The notes beneath the pieces were generated by a model. The model saw only the letters and a program-made list of their open reading frames with translations, ran no database searches and was not told where the DNA came from. From positions 5,639 through 69,638 of the forward strand of contig CAZTZN010000004.1 of NCBI GenBank assembly GCA_964617715.1: a DNA stretch of 64,000 nt, read 5' to 3'. Position numbers and translations under genes: made by a program. This document shows positions 26,428-35,862 of this stretch, piece by piece. The stretch's first letter is position 1. Each line of letters starts with the position of its first letter. The stretch comes from an uncultured Armatimonadia bacterium. GTDB taxonomy: Bacteria; Armatimonadota; Zipacnadia; Zipacnadales; UBA5352.

Positions 26428-28343
26428 AGCGCAACCTCATCATCGCGGCGGTGGTCGCGGTCGTGGTGGCGGGCGTGTGGTGGATGCGGCGGGAGAAGGG
26501 CGAGGAGGAGGCCGAGCCCGAACTGGTGACCGCCGAGGTCACCCGGGGCGATCTGCGCGTGACCGTCGCGGCCACCGGTGTACTCGAACCGCTGACCACC
26601 GTGGAGGTGCGATCGCGCAGCGGCGGCGAGATCTCCAAGCTCTACGTGGAGGCCGGGGACTACGTCGAGGCCGGACAGCTCATCGCCCAGCTCGATCCGA
26701 CTGAGCTGCAGAGCGAGATTGACCAGGCGGCGGCTCAGGTGGTCTCGGCCAACGCTCGGGTCGCGCAGGCGCGCTACTCGGCTGAGGCCCAGTCAACGCA
26801 GACCCGCACCGGCATCGATGAGGCACGGGCCGCGGTTGAGACCGCGCGCGCCCGCCTCGAACAGGCTCAGGCGCAGCTCGAGCAGACGCGACGGACCACC
26901 GCCCAACAGATTGAGCAGGCGCGGGCCGGACTGGAGTCGGCTCGGGCGCGACTGGCGCAGGCCGAGGTGCAGGCCGAGACCGAACCCGAGCTGGTGGCCG
27001 CCGACATCGCTCAGGCGGAGGCGGGCCTCGAGCGCGCCCGGCAGCAGCTCGCGGCGCTGGAGGCGGGCGCGCGACCTCAGGAGATCGCTCAGGCTGAGGC
27101 ACGCGTCACCGAGGCGCAGGTGATCGCCGACAACGCCGCGACGGAATTGCGACGCCAGCAGCAGTTGGCCGAGAAGGGCTTTGTCTCGCAGCAGGCCGTT
27201 GACAGCGCCCGGCGCGCCGCCGACACCGCCGCCGCACAGCTCGCCTCGGCCCGCGAAGCCCTGTCGCTGGCCCGGGAGGGGGCGCGCAGCGAAGAGATCG
27301 AGAGTGCCCGCGCGCAGGTCAGGCAGGCCGAGGCGGCGTTGGAGGCGGCCCGCGCGCGTGGCGTCTCGGTGAGCGTGCGCGAGAGCGATCTGATGGCGGC
27401 GCGCGCGGCGGTCGCCGAAGCGGAGGCGTCGTTGCGCAGCGCCGAGGCGAACCGGGCTCAGGTGGCGGTGCGCGAGGGCGACGTGGAGGCTGCGCGCCGC
27501 GCCGTCGAGCAGACTGAGGCCGCCCTGGAGCGCGCCGAGTCCGGAACTCTCACCGATGACGCGCGCCGGCAGGAGATCACCGCCGCCATGGCCGACCTGC
27601 GGCGCACGCAGTCGGCCCTCGACGATGTGCGTTACAGCTTCGACCACACCACCATCGTCGCCCCCCGCAGTGGTGTCGTGCTGGAGAAGTTCGTTGAGGA
27701 GGGCACCGTAATCCCCCCCGGCACCGCCGCCCTCGCGCAGGGCACCGGCATCGTGAGTATCGCCGACATCACTGAGATGTACGTGACCGCCGACGTCGAT
27801 GAGGTGGACATCTCTCGTGTCGCCGTCGGTCAGCCGGTCGAGATCGAGGTCGAGACCCTGCCCGGCGTCACCATCACCGGGCGCGTGGACAAGGTCTTCC
27901 CGCAGGGCAAGGAGGAGACCAATGTCATCTACTTCCCGGTCCGCATCCGGATCGATAAGCTGCACCCCAAGCTGCGCCCGGGCATGACCGCCGACGTGAA
28001 TATTCTCATCGCCGAACGCCAGGATGTCCTGCTTGTGCCGGATGCCGCCATCGACCGCTCCGGTGGGAGGACCGTGGTGCAGGTGCTGGAGCAGGAGGGC
28101 GCCGAGCCGGTCGAGCGCGAGGTGGAGGTAGGTGTGACCGACTACGAGCAGACCGAGATCCTCAGCGGCCTGCGCGCGGGCGAGCGGGTTGTGCTGCCGT
28201 CTGCCGCGCCCATGTTCGGCATGGGTGGACCGGGCGGTCCCGGCGGCAGAGCGCAGGCCGGTGATCGAACACCCCAGGAGGAACGGGCCCGCAGCGTCCG
28301 CCGCACCACACGCATGATCGGTCATACCAGGGAGCGTCGCTAG
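26424..28343 (+). CDS. macA: HlyD/MacA-family periplasmic adaptor subunit with a long coiled coil, 639 aa
   Basis: N-terminal TM MKRNLIIAAVVAVVVAGVWWM. Blocks GVLEPLTTVEVRSRSGGEI and ...GTVIPPGTA...VSIADITEMYVTADVDE... An extended Ala/Gln/Arg/Glu-rich coiled coil sits between the lipoyl half-domains. Confidence 0.85.
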   Translation: MKRNLIIAAVVAVVVAGVWWMRREKGEEEAEPELVTAEVTRGDLRVTVAATGVLEPLTTVEVRSRSGGEISKLYVEAGDYVEAGQLIAQLDPTELQSEIDQAAAQVVSANARVAQARYSAEAQSTQTRTGIDEARAAVETARARLEQAQAQLEQTRRTTAQQIEQARAGLESARARLAQAEVQAETEPELVAADIAQAEAGLERARQQLAALEAGARPQEIAQAEARVTEAQVIADNAATELRRQQQLAEKGFVSQQAVDSARRAADTAAAQLASAREALSLAREGARSEEIESARAQVRQAEAALEAARARGVSVSVRESDLMAARAAVAEAEASLRSAEANRAQVAVREGDVEAARRAVEQTEAALERAESGTLTDDARRQEITAAMADLRRTQSALDDVRYSFDHTTIVAPRSGVVLEKFVEEGTVIPPGTAALAQGTGIVSIADITEMYVTADVDEVDISRVAVGQPVEIEVETLPGVTITGRVDKVFPQGKEETNVIYFPVRIRIDKLHPKLRPGMTADVNILIAERQDVLLVPDAAIDRSGGRTVVQVLEQEGAEPVEREVEVGVTDYEQTEILSGLRAGERVVLPSAAPMFGMGGPGGPGGRAQAGDRTPQEERARSVRRTTRMIGHTRERR

Positions 28344-28362
28344 AGCCGCGGAGCAGGGGAAG

Positions 28363-29067
28363 ATGGCGCTGATCGAAGTCACGGATGTCCACAAGATCTA
28401 CCGCATGGGCGAGGTGGAGGTTCATGCCTTGCGCGGCGTATCGCTGCAGATCGAGGCCGGCGAGCACCTCGCCGTCATGGGGCCGTCGGGCTCGGGCAAA
28501 TCCACGCTCATGAACCTGCTGGGCTGCCTGGACACCCCCACCCGCGGAAGCTACTATCTTGACGGGGAGGACGTCAGTCGCCTCAGCTCTGATCGTCTGG
28601 CGGCGGTGCGCAACCGCAAGATCGGCTTCGTGTTCCAGCAGTTCAACCTGCTGCCGCGCGCCACCGCCGCCCAGAATGTCGCCCTGCCCTTGATCTACGG
28701 CGGCGCGGCCAACAGCCCTGAGCGGGCCCTGCAGGCGCTCGAGCGCGTCGGTCTTGCCGAGCGCGCCCACCACCGCCCGCGCGAGATGTCCGGCGGCGAG
28801 CAGCAGCGGGTGGCCATCGCCCGCGCGCTGGTCAACAATCCGAGTATCGTGCTGGCCGACGAGCCCACGGGGAACCTGGACACCCGCACCGGCGCCGAGA
28901 TCCTCGCGCTGTTTGATGAACTCAACGCGGAGGGCATCACGCTGGTGATGGTGACGCACGATCAGCACGTGGCCGAACGCTGTCGCCGCGTGGTCCGGCT
29001 GGTAGACGGCGAACTTGAGAGTGATCGCCGCAACCATGAGATGCTCCCGGCCGGTGAGGGCACATGA
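28363..29067 (+). CDS. macB: ABC transporter ATP-binding protein, MacB/LolD type, 234 aa
   Basis: Walker [10 protein letters not shown], signature [15 protein letters not shown], Walker [14 protein letters not shown]-loop VTHD. Its stop overlaps the permease ATG (ATGA at 29064-29067). Confidence 0.9.
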   Translation: MALIEVTDVHKIYRMGEVEVHALRGVSLQIEAGEHLAVMGPSGSGKSTLMNLLGCLDTPTRGSYYLDGEDVSRLSSDRLAAVRNRKIGFVFQQFNLLPRATAAQNVALPLIYGGAANSPERALQALERVGLAERAHHRPREMSGGEQQRVAIARALVNNPSIVLADEPTGNLDTRTGAEILALFDELNAEGITLVMVTHDQHVAERCRRVVRLVDGELESDRRNHEMLPAGEGT

Positions 29068-30263
29068 GTCTGCGGGAAGCGCTGCGTGCGGCCCTCCTCA
29101 GCCTGGCGGCGAACAAGACCCGCTCGCTGCTGACCATGCTCGGCGTCATCATCGGCGTGGCGGCGGTGCTGGTGGTCGTCGCCATCGGCGAAGGGCTCAA
29201 GACCGACACCCTCAACCGCATCCGCTCGCTGGGCACCAACCTGATCATGGTCTTCCCCGGTGCCGGCCGCGGCTTCGGCCCGACCACGCGGCCGGGGCGG
29301 ATTACTCAGGAGGATTTCGAGGCTCTCTCGGCCGAGCTGACCGGGATCTCCGCCATCGCGCCGGTGGTGCAGACCGGCGCTACCGCCAAGTACCGCAACC
29401 TCACGCACAACACTCAGGTCGTCGGGAGCAACTCGCAGTGGGCGAGGGCCATGGCCTTCGAGATCACCGACGGCCGTTTTCTCAGCATCGGTGATGAGCG
29501 GGGCCGCGCGCGTGTAGCGGTGATCGGCACCGAGGTCATGGACGAGCTGTTCTACGGGCGCGCGATGGTCGGCGAGTACATCCGCCTCAACGGTATCCCC
29601 TTCGAGATCATCGGCATCCTGGAGGAGAAGGGCGGCGGGTGGGGCAACCCCGACAACCAGGTGGTCATCCCCATCTCCACCGCACGCCAGCGACTGGTGG
29701 GCAACGCCGACCTCTCGCGTATCTACATCTCGGCGGCGAACGAGAAGGTCGTGCCCGAGGTCATCGAAAGTGTGAAGCACATCCTGCGCCGCACTCATCG
29801 CGTGACCGAGGCCAACGAGGACTTCCGGATCCGCGACCAGAGCGAGTTCCTCACCACCGTGAGCGAGACCACCGGCCAGATGACCATGTTCGTCGGCGGC
29901 ATCGCGCTGGTCTCGCTGCTGGTGGGCGGTGTGGGGATCATGAACATCATGCTGGTGTCGGTGGCCGAGCGCACGCGCGAGATCGGCATCCGCAAGGCGG
30001 TCGGGGCGCGCGGGCGCGACATCCTCGCCCAGTTCCTGATCGAGTCGGTGATGCTCAGCGTCATCGGCGGCCTGATCGGCATTGCCATCGGCTTCTCCGT
30101 GTCCCGGGCGTTGGGCAACTCCCTTGGTTGGGAGACCGTGGTGCCGACGTGGTCGGTGGTGCTGTCCTTCCTGTTTTCCGCCGCCGTTGGTGTCTTCTTC
30201 GGGTACTACCCTGCCCGCAAGGCCGCCATGCTCGACCCCATCGAGTGCCTGCGCTACGAGTAG
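29064..30263 (+). CDS. ABC transporter permease, MacB/FtsX type, 399 aa
   Basis: N-terminal TM followed by a large periplasmic domain, then three C-terminal TMs (FtsX-like). Translationally coupled to the ATPase gene. Confidence 0.85.
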   Translation: MSLREALRAALLSLAANKTRSLLTMLGVIIGVAAVLVVVAIGEGLKTDTLNRIRSLGTNLIMVFPGAGRGFGPTTRPGRITQEDFEALSAELTGISAIAPVVQTGATAKYRNLTHNTQVVGSNSQWARAMAFEITDGRFLSIGDERGRARVAVIGTEVMDELFYGRAMVGEYIRLNGIPFEIIGILEEKGGGWGNPDNQVVIPISTARQRLVGNADLSRIYISAANEKVVPEVIESVKHILRRTHRVTEANEDFRIRDQSEFLTTVSETTGQMTMFVGGIALVSLLVGGVGIMNIMLVSVAERTREIGIRKAVGARGRDILAQFLIESVMLSVIGGLIGIAIGFSVSRALGNSLGWETVVPTWSVVLSFLFSAAVGVFFGYYPARKAAMLDPIECLRYE

Positions 30264-30630
30264 CGGCCGGTCGCAGGCTGCAGGGCGCACGCGCACCGTA
30301 GGGGCAGGGGGCCGCTCCCGCTGTCGTCGTCTCCCGTCTACTCTCCGCCGAGGGCCTCCGCAAGCTGCCGGAAGGCCCCAGGATGACCTCGCGCGTGAAC
30401 CCCGCCGCTGACCACGCCATGTGCGACGTGACTGCAACCTTCTCCGTGCGCAGCAGCGGATTGTCCGGAAAGGGTGGTTCGCGCGCGAGCACGTCCGGCC
30501 TCGCACCCCCTGCCCGGGCCCCGTGCTGAGCCGAGCTTACCCCCTTGCCCCATTGCGGACTCTCTCGGGGAGAACGCGAGCGAAGGTTGGCTTTTGGGCA
30601 ACCCATCTCGCGGGAGGAGGGATCGCCTTC

Positions 30631-30660
30631 ATGCAGAACGAATTGCTCAAGCAGAGGTGA
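30631..30660 (+). other. AT-rich 9-codon uORF (MQNELLKQR) with a strong SD (GGGAGGAGG at 30612-30620), inside a 620-nt non-coding gap
   Basis: GC is about 43% over 30 nt in a 70% GC background. The SD sits 10 nt from the ATG. No credible longer ORF exists in 30264..30882. Confidence 0.25.
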
Positions 30661-30882
30661 TGCGCACCTGGAGTATCGCCTGTGCCCGCCCGGGGACAGG
30701 CCTGAGCTGCGGATGCGCCAGGTGGGTCGCCGCAAGCTCGTTGCCGTGCCTCCAACGTCAACTATCGCCGCATCCGCGGCGGCTGCTCGCACCGGCCCTC
30801 GGGCCATCGCCCGCCCGGGGGGCACAGGCAGCCGTGAGGGTGAGTGCCATAGGAGTGATGTCACGGATAGGAGGCAGGGACA

Positions 30883-31608
30883 ATGTTCCGCAAAGGGTTC
30901 ACGCTCATTGAGTTGTTGGTTGTGATCGCGATCATCGCGATCCTCGCGGCCATTCTCTTCCCTGTGTTCGCCCGAGCGAGGGAGAAGGCCAGACAGACCT
31001 CGTGCTTGAGCAACATGAAACAGATCGCGACGGCCACGGAGATGTACACCCAGGACTACGACGAGTGCTACCCCATCAGCATCTACCCGTCAGCGGTCGG
31101 CGTGGTCACCTTCTACCACGAGTTAATGCCCTACATGAAGAACAGTCAGATACTGGAGTGTCCCTCTGAGCCCAAGCGCATCGGGATGGACGAACTGGAG
31201 GCGGCTCTGGGGGTGCCCCCTGTGCCCGGCCTGACGGGCACCGGCTTCAACGGCAACTACGCCATCTTCGAGGATGGATACACCGCCTCCAGCCCGAATC
31301 CCATCACGGGCGAGTGGGGTGCGGTGGTCAGCAATGCCCAACTCGTGTATCCCGCTGAGACCTTCGTGATGGGTGACGGTGAGATCGCGTCGGGGTACGG
31401 AGACATGGATCCCTTCGATTCACCGGTCGTCGGTGCTCACAACGAGGGCTTCAACGCAGCCTTCGCCGACGGCCACGCGAAGTGGATCAAGTGCGTGGAG
31501 GAACCATCCGTCCACTTCGTTGATCTCGGCGGGAACGTCATGAACGCCTGGCGGATTCAGGGTACCCGCTACGACGGTAGAATGCAGCTCTGGGGCCTGC
31601 CCAGGTAG
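30883..31608 (+). CDS. Pseudopilin-like protein with a prepilin-type N-terminal cleavage/methylation domain and a C-terminal H-X9-DG motif, 241 aa
   Basis: N-terminus [49 protein letters not shown]-terminal [13 protein letters not shown] (H-X9-DG). SD AGGAGG 8 nt upstream. Confidence 0.85.
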   Translation: MFRKGFTLIELLVVIAIIAILAAILFPVFARAREKARQTSCLSNMKQIATATEMYTQDYDECYPISIYPSAVGVVTFYHELMPYMKNSQILECPSEPKRIGMDELEAALGVPPVPGLTGTGFNGNYAIFEDGYTASSPNPITGEWGAVVSNAQLVYPAETFVMGDGEIASGYGDMDPFDSPVVGAHNEGFNAAFADGHAKWIKCVEEPSVHFVDLGGNVMNAWRIQGTRYDGRMQLWGLPR

Positions 31609-31716
31609 AGGACACGTGGCGCCGCCGGGAGATGGCGGACAAGCACGGCCTCGGGCGTTCCACACGCGCGGGTGCCCGGGGCCGTGAGGTGTTGCTTGAT
31701 GTTCGTGCTCCCACGC

Positions 31717-31748
31717 ACTTTCAGCCCGGTCTGAACAGCCGAGTCAGG
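31717..31748 (+). promoter_or_regulatory. 3' half of the conserved upstream module (TCAGCCCGGTCtgaacagCCGAgtCAGGA), 39 nt upstream of the C45 gene ATG
   Basis: 11 of 11 matches to TCAGCCCGGTC in copy 2 (35737-35747); the downstream CCGA..CAGGA block is also conserved. Confidence 0.4.
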
Positions 31749-31759
31749 AGGGAACGCTC

Positions 31760-32947
31760 ATGCTCGCGTTCCGACACTGGTCGTCATTGATCGCTCGCCT
31801 GTCGATGTGTGCCCTGCTGCTTGCCGCCGGATGTACGCGCCAATCCGTGGTCGAGCCGCCCCTGGTGGCGGCGGCCGCGGGGGCCGCAGAAGCTGCCCCT
31901 GAGGTCAAGGGCGAACTCTCGTCGATCGGCGAGGGCGAGGACCAGATCTGGCTGCTGCATCTGTGGGGCAGCCCGTATGACATGGGCTACGCGCATGGTG
32001 TGCTGTGCGGCGAGCAGGTCCGGAGCTTCTATGAACAACTCATAGCCGCGGCCGAGCGGTTCGGAGCCAACACGGCGCTGCTGGACGCGGCCTGGGCGCA
32101 GATGCAGCCGTACGCGCCGCAACGCTACCTCGAGGAGATGCAGGGTCTCGCGGATGGTGCGGGCATTGACCTGGCGATGATCCAGCGCGCTCACGCCATC
32201 CCCGACCTGTCGGAGTTCCACTGCACCTTCTTCGCCGCATGGGGGGATGCCACCAGCGACGGGCACTTGCATCAGATCCGGGCGCTGGACTACGAGATGA
32301 ACGCGGGCATCCAGAACGTGCCCGCGCTGATCGTGTGCGAGCCCGAGGGGCACAACGCCTTCGTCAGCATCGGCTGGCTGGGCTTTGTCGGCTGCGTGTC
32401 GGGCATGAGCGCCGAGCACATCGCCCTCAGTGAGATAGGCGAGCACTTCGGGGACGACGTGGAGACCCTCGCGGGGGAACCGATGCCCTTTGTGATGCGG
32501 CGCGTGCTCGAAGAAGCCGATACCATGCAGCAGGCGATCGAGATCATCCGGGAGACCACGCGCACAAGCTCGTACCTGTACTGCGTGAGTGACGCCAAGA
32601 TCCCGGATGCCCGCGGCCTGCGCACCAGCCACGAGTTCTGCGAGGTCTGGGCGCCTGACGACTACGGCGAGCTGGCCCTGCCCAACGTGGTCGCCTGGTC
32701 GATGGGCGAGGAGAGCGAGTGGGACCGCAGGCTGTACGAGGTGCTCAAGCCGCTGGTCGGACAGATCAACGAGACCACGGGCATGGAGACGGTCATGCGC
32801 GAGATGGGCACGGGCAACCTGCACGCGATCCACTACGATGTGACCGATCTGGAGCTGTGGGTCGCGAACGCCACGCCGGGCCCGGATCCCAAGCCCGCCT
32901 ACGATCAGCAGTTCGTGCACTTCGATCTGGCCGCGTTCCTCGAGTGA
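31760..32947 (+). CDS. Lipoprotein, peptidase C45 / acyl-CoA:6-APA acyltransferase-like Ntn-hydrolase family, 395 aa
   Basis: Lipobox LLLAAGC. C45-like blocks WGSPYDMGYAHG and SEFHCTFFAAWG (candidate nucleophile Cys). RBS CAGGAGGGA. Confidence 0.55.
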   Translation: MLAFRHWSSLIARLSMCALLLAAGCTRQSVVEPPLVAAAAGAAEAAPEVKGELSSIGEGEDQIWLLHLWGSPYDMGYAHGVLCGEQVRSFYEQLIAAAERFGANTALLDAAWAQMQPYAPQRYLEEMQGLADGAGIDLAMIQRAHAIPDLSEFHCTFFAAWGDATSDGHLHQIRALDYEMNAGIQNVPALIVCEPEGHNAFVSIGWLGFVGCVSGMSAEHIALSEIGEHFGDDVETLAGEPMPFVMRRVLEEADTMQQAIEIIRETTRTSSYLYCVSDAKIPDARGLRTSHEFCEVWAPDDYGELALPNVVAWSMGEESEWDRRLYEVLKPLVGQINETTGMETVMREMGTGNLHAIHYDVTDLELWVANATPGPDPKPAYDQQFVHFDLAAFLE

Positions 32948-32958
32948 CCCAGCGCCGT

Positions 32959-32985
32959 GGCTCCGCCGCCTTCCGGAGCGGAGCC
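32959..32985 (+). terminator. Hairpin GGCTCCGC-(11)-GCGGAGCC immediately after the C45 gene stop. No U-tract.
   Basis: 8-bp GC stem, 12 nt downstream of the TGA at 32945-32947. Convergent with the NrpR-like gene. Confidence 0.3.
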
Positions 32986-33200
32986 CTACCGCATCGTTGA
33001 CACCCACGGGCCGGGGCCGCGAATGAGCGCTCGGCGGGCCTCTGGGCCCCGGGCCCGGCCGGTGGGGACGACTTCAGCAGATGGTGCGCACGCTTGTCCC
33101 CCTGCGGGCGCCCCTCAGAACTCCCCCAAGTCACATGCGTGCGGCTGTGAGCGCGTGCCGGTGGCCATGTGGCAGTCATGCATGGCGCACCTCGGCGGCG

Positions 33201-34217
33201 CTACACCAGCTCGTCAATGGGCGTGAGCAGCGAGTAATCGCAGGTGGTGGACATCGCGTGCTGGTCGATCTCAATACCCTGCTCGGAGGCGGCGGCCATG
33301 GGGGTCAGGCCCGCGACCACCACCAGCCCGACGCGGTCCATGCCCACCGGCAGGTCGAGCAGCGGCTGGCCCGGGGAGCCCAGCGCCAGCACACCGCCCA
33401 GCCCGTGGTCCTTGAGCCGCTCGATGACCTCCAGCGCTTCATTGAGCGCGATCGCGGGGATCTCGCGGAAGCCTGCGCCGACCATGCCCGAGCCGGTGGT
33501 GGCCGCCTGATGCGACGAGGTCAGTCCGGAGTGGATGAAGATGTGCAGCGGGTCGATCGACGAGCCGGCATAGCTGACCAGCTCGACGAAGCGCAGCGGG
33601 CGCGTGTCACGCACTTCCAGCAGCCCGCCATAGATCGAGCTGGCCGGGATGTAGCGATGCAGCAGCACGCCGTTGAGCGTGACCGAGCACACCGTGCCCA
33701 CCGCGACCATGCCCTCGGGGACGGGATCTCCCAGCACCTCGCCCTCCTCGGCGATGATCACCAGGTGGCTCATGCACAGCTCGGCGTCCATGACGGTCTT
33801 GGCGCACTCAAGCGCCTGCGGCAGGTCCTCGGCGCGCAGGCGCGAGACGTTGAGGATCACCTCGCCCTCGCCGGTCTCCACGTCAAAGCTGGTGGCGTAA
33901 GCGAGCCGGTCGATACGCGCGGCCACGAAACCGACCTTCTCATGCACCAGCGCGCTGGCCAGCTCCTCGCGGCCGAGGTCGGTGAGCACCCGCCCGGCGT
34001 TGCCCACCGCCAGCGTCAGGCCGCGCTCGTCCATGAACTGCAGGTGGTAGCGCACCTGACGCTCGCTCAGCTCGATGCCGAGTTTCTGCAGCTCGCGCCC
34101 GAGCGCGCGCGCCCCCAGTGGCTTTTCGTAGTCGGACAGCACGCGCAGGATGGCCACCATCTTGCGGCGCACATCGCGGTCATCGTTCAGAGGCTGCACT
34201 GAGGGCGACTGGGCCAT
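33201..34217 (-). CDS. NrpR-like nitrogen regulator: winged helix plus a single NRD/DUF128-like domain, 338 aa
   Basis: N-terminus KMVAILRVLSDYEKPLGARALGRELQKLGIELSERQVRYHLQFMDERGLTLAVGNAGRVLTDLGREEL. This closely parallels, as recalled from memory, the archaeal NrpR N-terminus (...GERAVRYHLKLLDEEGLT..VGYAGR.IT.KG.EEL). RBS GGAGAG. Confidence 0.55.
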   Translation of the reverse strand: MAQSPSVQPLNDDRDVRRKMVAILRVLSDYEKPLGARALGRELQKLGIELSERQVRYHLQFMDERGLTLAVGNAGRVLTDLGREELASALVHEKVGFVAARIDRLAYATSFDVETGEGEVILNVSRLRAEDLPQALECAKTVMDAELCMSHLVIIAEEGEVLGDPVPEGMVAVGTVCSVTLNGVLLHRYIPASSIYGGLLEVRDTRPLRFVELVSYAGSSIDPLHIFIHSGLTSSHQAATTGSGMVGAGFREIPAIALNEALEVIERLKDHGLGGVLALGSPGQPLLDLPVGMDRVGLVVVAGLTPMAAASEQGIEIDQHAMSTTCDYSLLTPIDELV

Positions 34218-34235
34218 GGCATCTCTCCGTGTAGA

Positions 34236-34264
34236 CGTTCAAAAACTGCTCCCTTGAGGGGAGC
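34236..34264 (-). terminator. Rho-independent terminator on the minus strand: GCUCCC-cucaa-GGGAGC followed by AGUUUUUGAAC
   Basis: 6-bp GC stem (34248-53 / 34259-64) and a U5 tract (complement of AAAAA at 34241-45). It lies between the stop of 34461..35576 and the NrpR-like ATG, which is 24 nt beyond the U-tract. Confidence 0.55.
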
Positions 34265-34460
34265 TTGAGCGGCGGAAGGATAAGGCCTCGCGTGGGCGGT
34301 GTCAAGCGGTTGCGGATCTGCTGCGCGTGCTCCCGGTCGCCGTCGCGCTCCTACCCGGCGCACCATGGGAAGGCGCTCGTGGCCCGAGGTGCTCTGCCTA
34401 CGGTGCGCTCGCGTGGAAGTGGCCTCGGACGCGGGGAGGAACATCTCCGCAGGCCCCTCG

Positions 34461-35576
34461 TCAGGGCGCGTCGTAGGCCGCGGCGGCGTCGATCAGGAAC
34501 CGCGCGAAAACTGGCCCGACGGTCTGGTTGGCAAGCGTGTTGGGGTGCGAGTCGCCGTCGGCGTGCGAGCCCTCGTAATCCCATTGCAGCATGTTGCGGC
34601 GCACCGACCCATCGTCCGGGTGCGCCAGCGCGTCGAACAGGTCGAAGCAGACCACGTTCGGATGACCGGCGAGGTAGTCGTCGCTCTTGAGCCAGTCGGC
34701 GAAGGCGCGGGCGCGGTCGGCCTCGCTCAAGTTGGTAGCCAGCCGATGCAGCGGCGGCGGCGACATGACCACGAACAGCCGATCGGGGCGCGTGTCAAAG
34801 AAGTCGCGCATCGCGCGGTACCAGGCCCTGTACTGATTGAGCATGGTCGGACTGGTGATCGCTGAGGCCGGGAAGCACGACTTGAAGGCGATGACCTGGT
34901 GGTTGGCGAGGATCGCGGTGCGCGCGGCGTTGCTCGTGGTCCACAGGGTGTTCAGGCCATCGGGATCGGTGTTGTCGCCGGGGATGTCGTAGCTCGTGCC
35001 GGTCCACACGCCGGCGGCGTCGCGCAGGCCCTCGGAGTTGTAGCCGTGGTCCCAGAACTCGTACGCGGTGCTGTTGTCGGTGTTGTACGTGTTGATGACA
35101 CCGCGCATGTTGCCCTCTTCGATCAGCCCGTTGCCGGTCGAGTGGTGCAGGAAGAACATATTGGTCAGCTCCCCGGTCGGACCGCCACCCGCCTCGGTGA
35201 CTGTGATGGTGCAGCGGGCCACCAGCCTGTCGGCGCGCGCCTCGACCGTGGCGCCGCCCACCGCGGTCGCCTCGAACCGGCAGGTGGCGACGGTCGTGCC
35301 CGCCTCGCCGCCGGGGGTGATGGTACCCCCGTCGCCCGTCAGTGTCCACGTCGCCGTGAAGCCGATGGCGTGGTGGTCCTGATCGTAGCCGGAGACCTGC
35401 ACCTGGCGCGACTGTCCGACCTGCAAAGTCGCGCGCGCGGGTGAGATAGTGAGCGAGGTCAGCACCGGGGGCACCGTGCGGGCGCCACTGCAACCGAGTA
35501 TGCAGGCGACCAGGAGCGCGACAAGTGCCGTGCAGCCACGCGCCGCCGTCACGACATGCCGCGATGTGCAGTTCAT
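34461..35576 (-). CDS. Lipoprotein with an N-terminal Big_2 (bacterial Ig-like) domain, 371 aa
   Basis: ATG at 35576 with GAGAGGTG upstream; the ORF track extends to 35753. Signal/lipobox MNCTSRHVVTAARGCTALVALLVACILGCSG. Big_2 block SLTISPARATLQVGQSRQVQVSGYD. Confidence 0.65.
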   Translation of the reverse strand: MNCTSRHVVTAARGCTALVALLVACILGCSGARTVPPVLTSLTISPARATLQVGQSRQVQVSGYDQDHHAIGFTATWTLTGDGGTITPGGEAGTTVATCRFEATAVGGATVEARADRLVARCTITVTEAGGGPTGELTNMFFLHHSTGNGLIEEGNMRGVINTYNTDNSTAYEFWDHGYNSEGLRDAAGVWTGTSYDIPGDNTDPDGLNTLWTTSNAARTAILANHQVIAFKSCFPASAITSPTMLNQYRAWYRAMRDFFDTRPDRLFVVMSPPPLHRLATNLSEADRARAFADWLKSDDYLAGHPNVVCFDLFDALAHPDDGSVRRNMLQWDYEGSHADGDSHPNTLANQTVGPVFARFLIDAAAAYDAP

Positions 35577-35676
35577 CCGTTGCACCTCTCTGCGCGCCTC
35601 ACGCGGCCTTCGGCGTCGGTATGATTGTCCGCCGGGCCTCCCGGAACCTGCCCGAATGCGTCCAACGCCTGCAGGC

Positions 35677-35777
35677 GGCGGGCGGAGGCGCCCGCCGTGC
35701 AGTATCGTACCGGACCACGAGCCCCCTGTCCTCGTCTCAGCCCGGTCGCTCACCGACAGCCAGGATCCACACCCGGT
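35677..35777 (+). promoter_or_regulatory. Conserved upstream module, copy 2. Core AGTATCGTACCGGACCACGAGCCCCCTGTCCTCGTCTCAGCCCGGTCGCTCACCGACAGCCAGGATCCAC.
   Basis: Aligns with 20171..20270. Same + orientation, ending about 90 nt upstream of the PAP2 gene ATG at 35863. Confidence 0.5.
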
Positions 35778-35862
35778 CGAGTTGACACTATCCGGCGCGA
35801 TAGGGTATACGGTACCAGGCAGTCACCCACCCGGAGTACGTGGCCACCAGGAGCAGCCCTCC

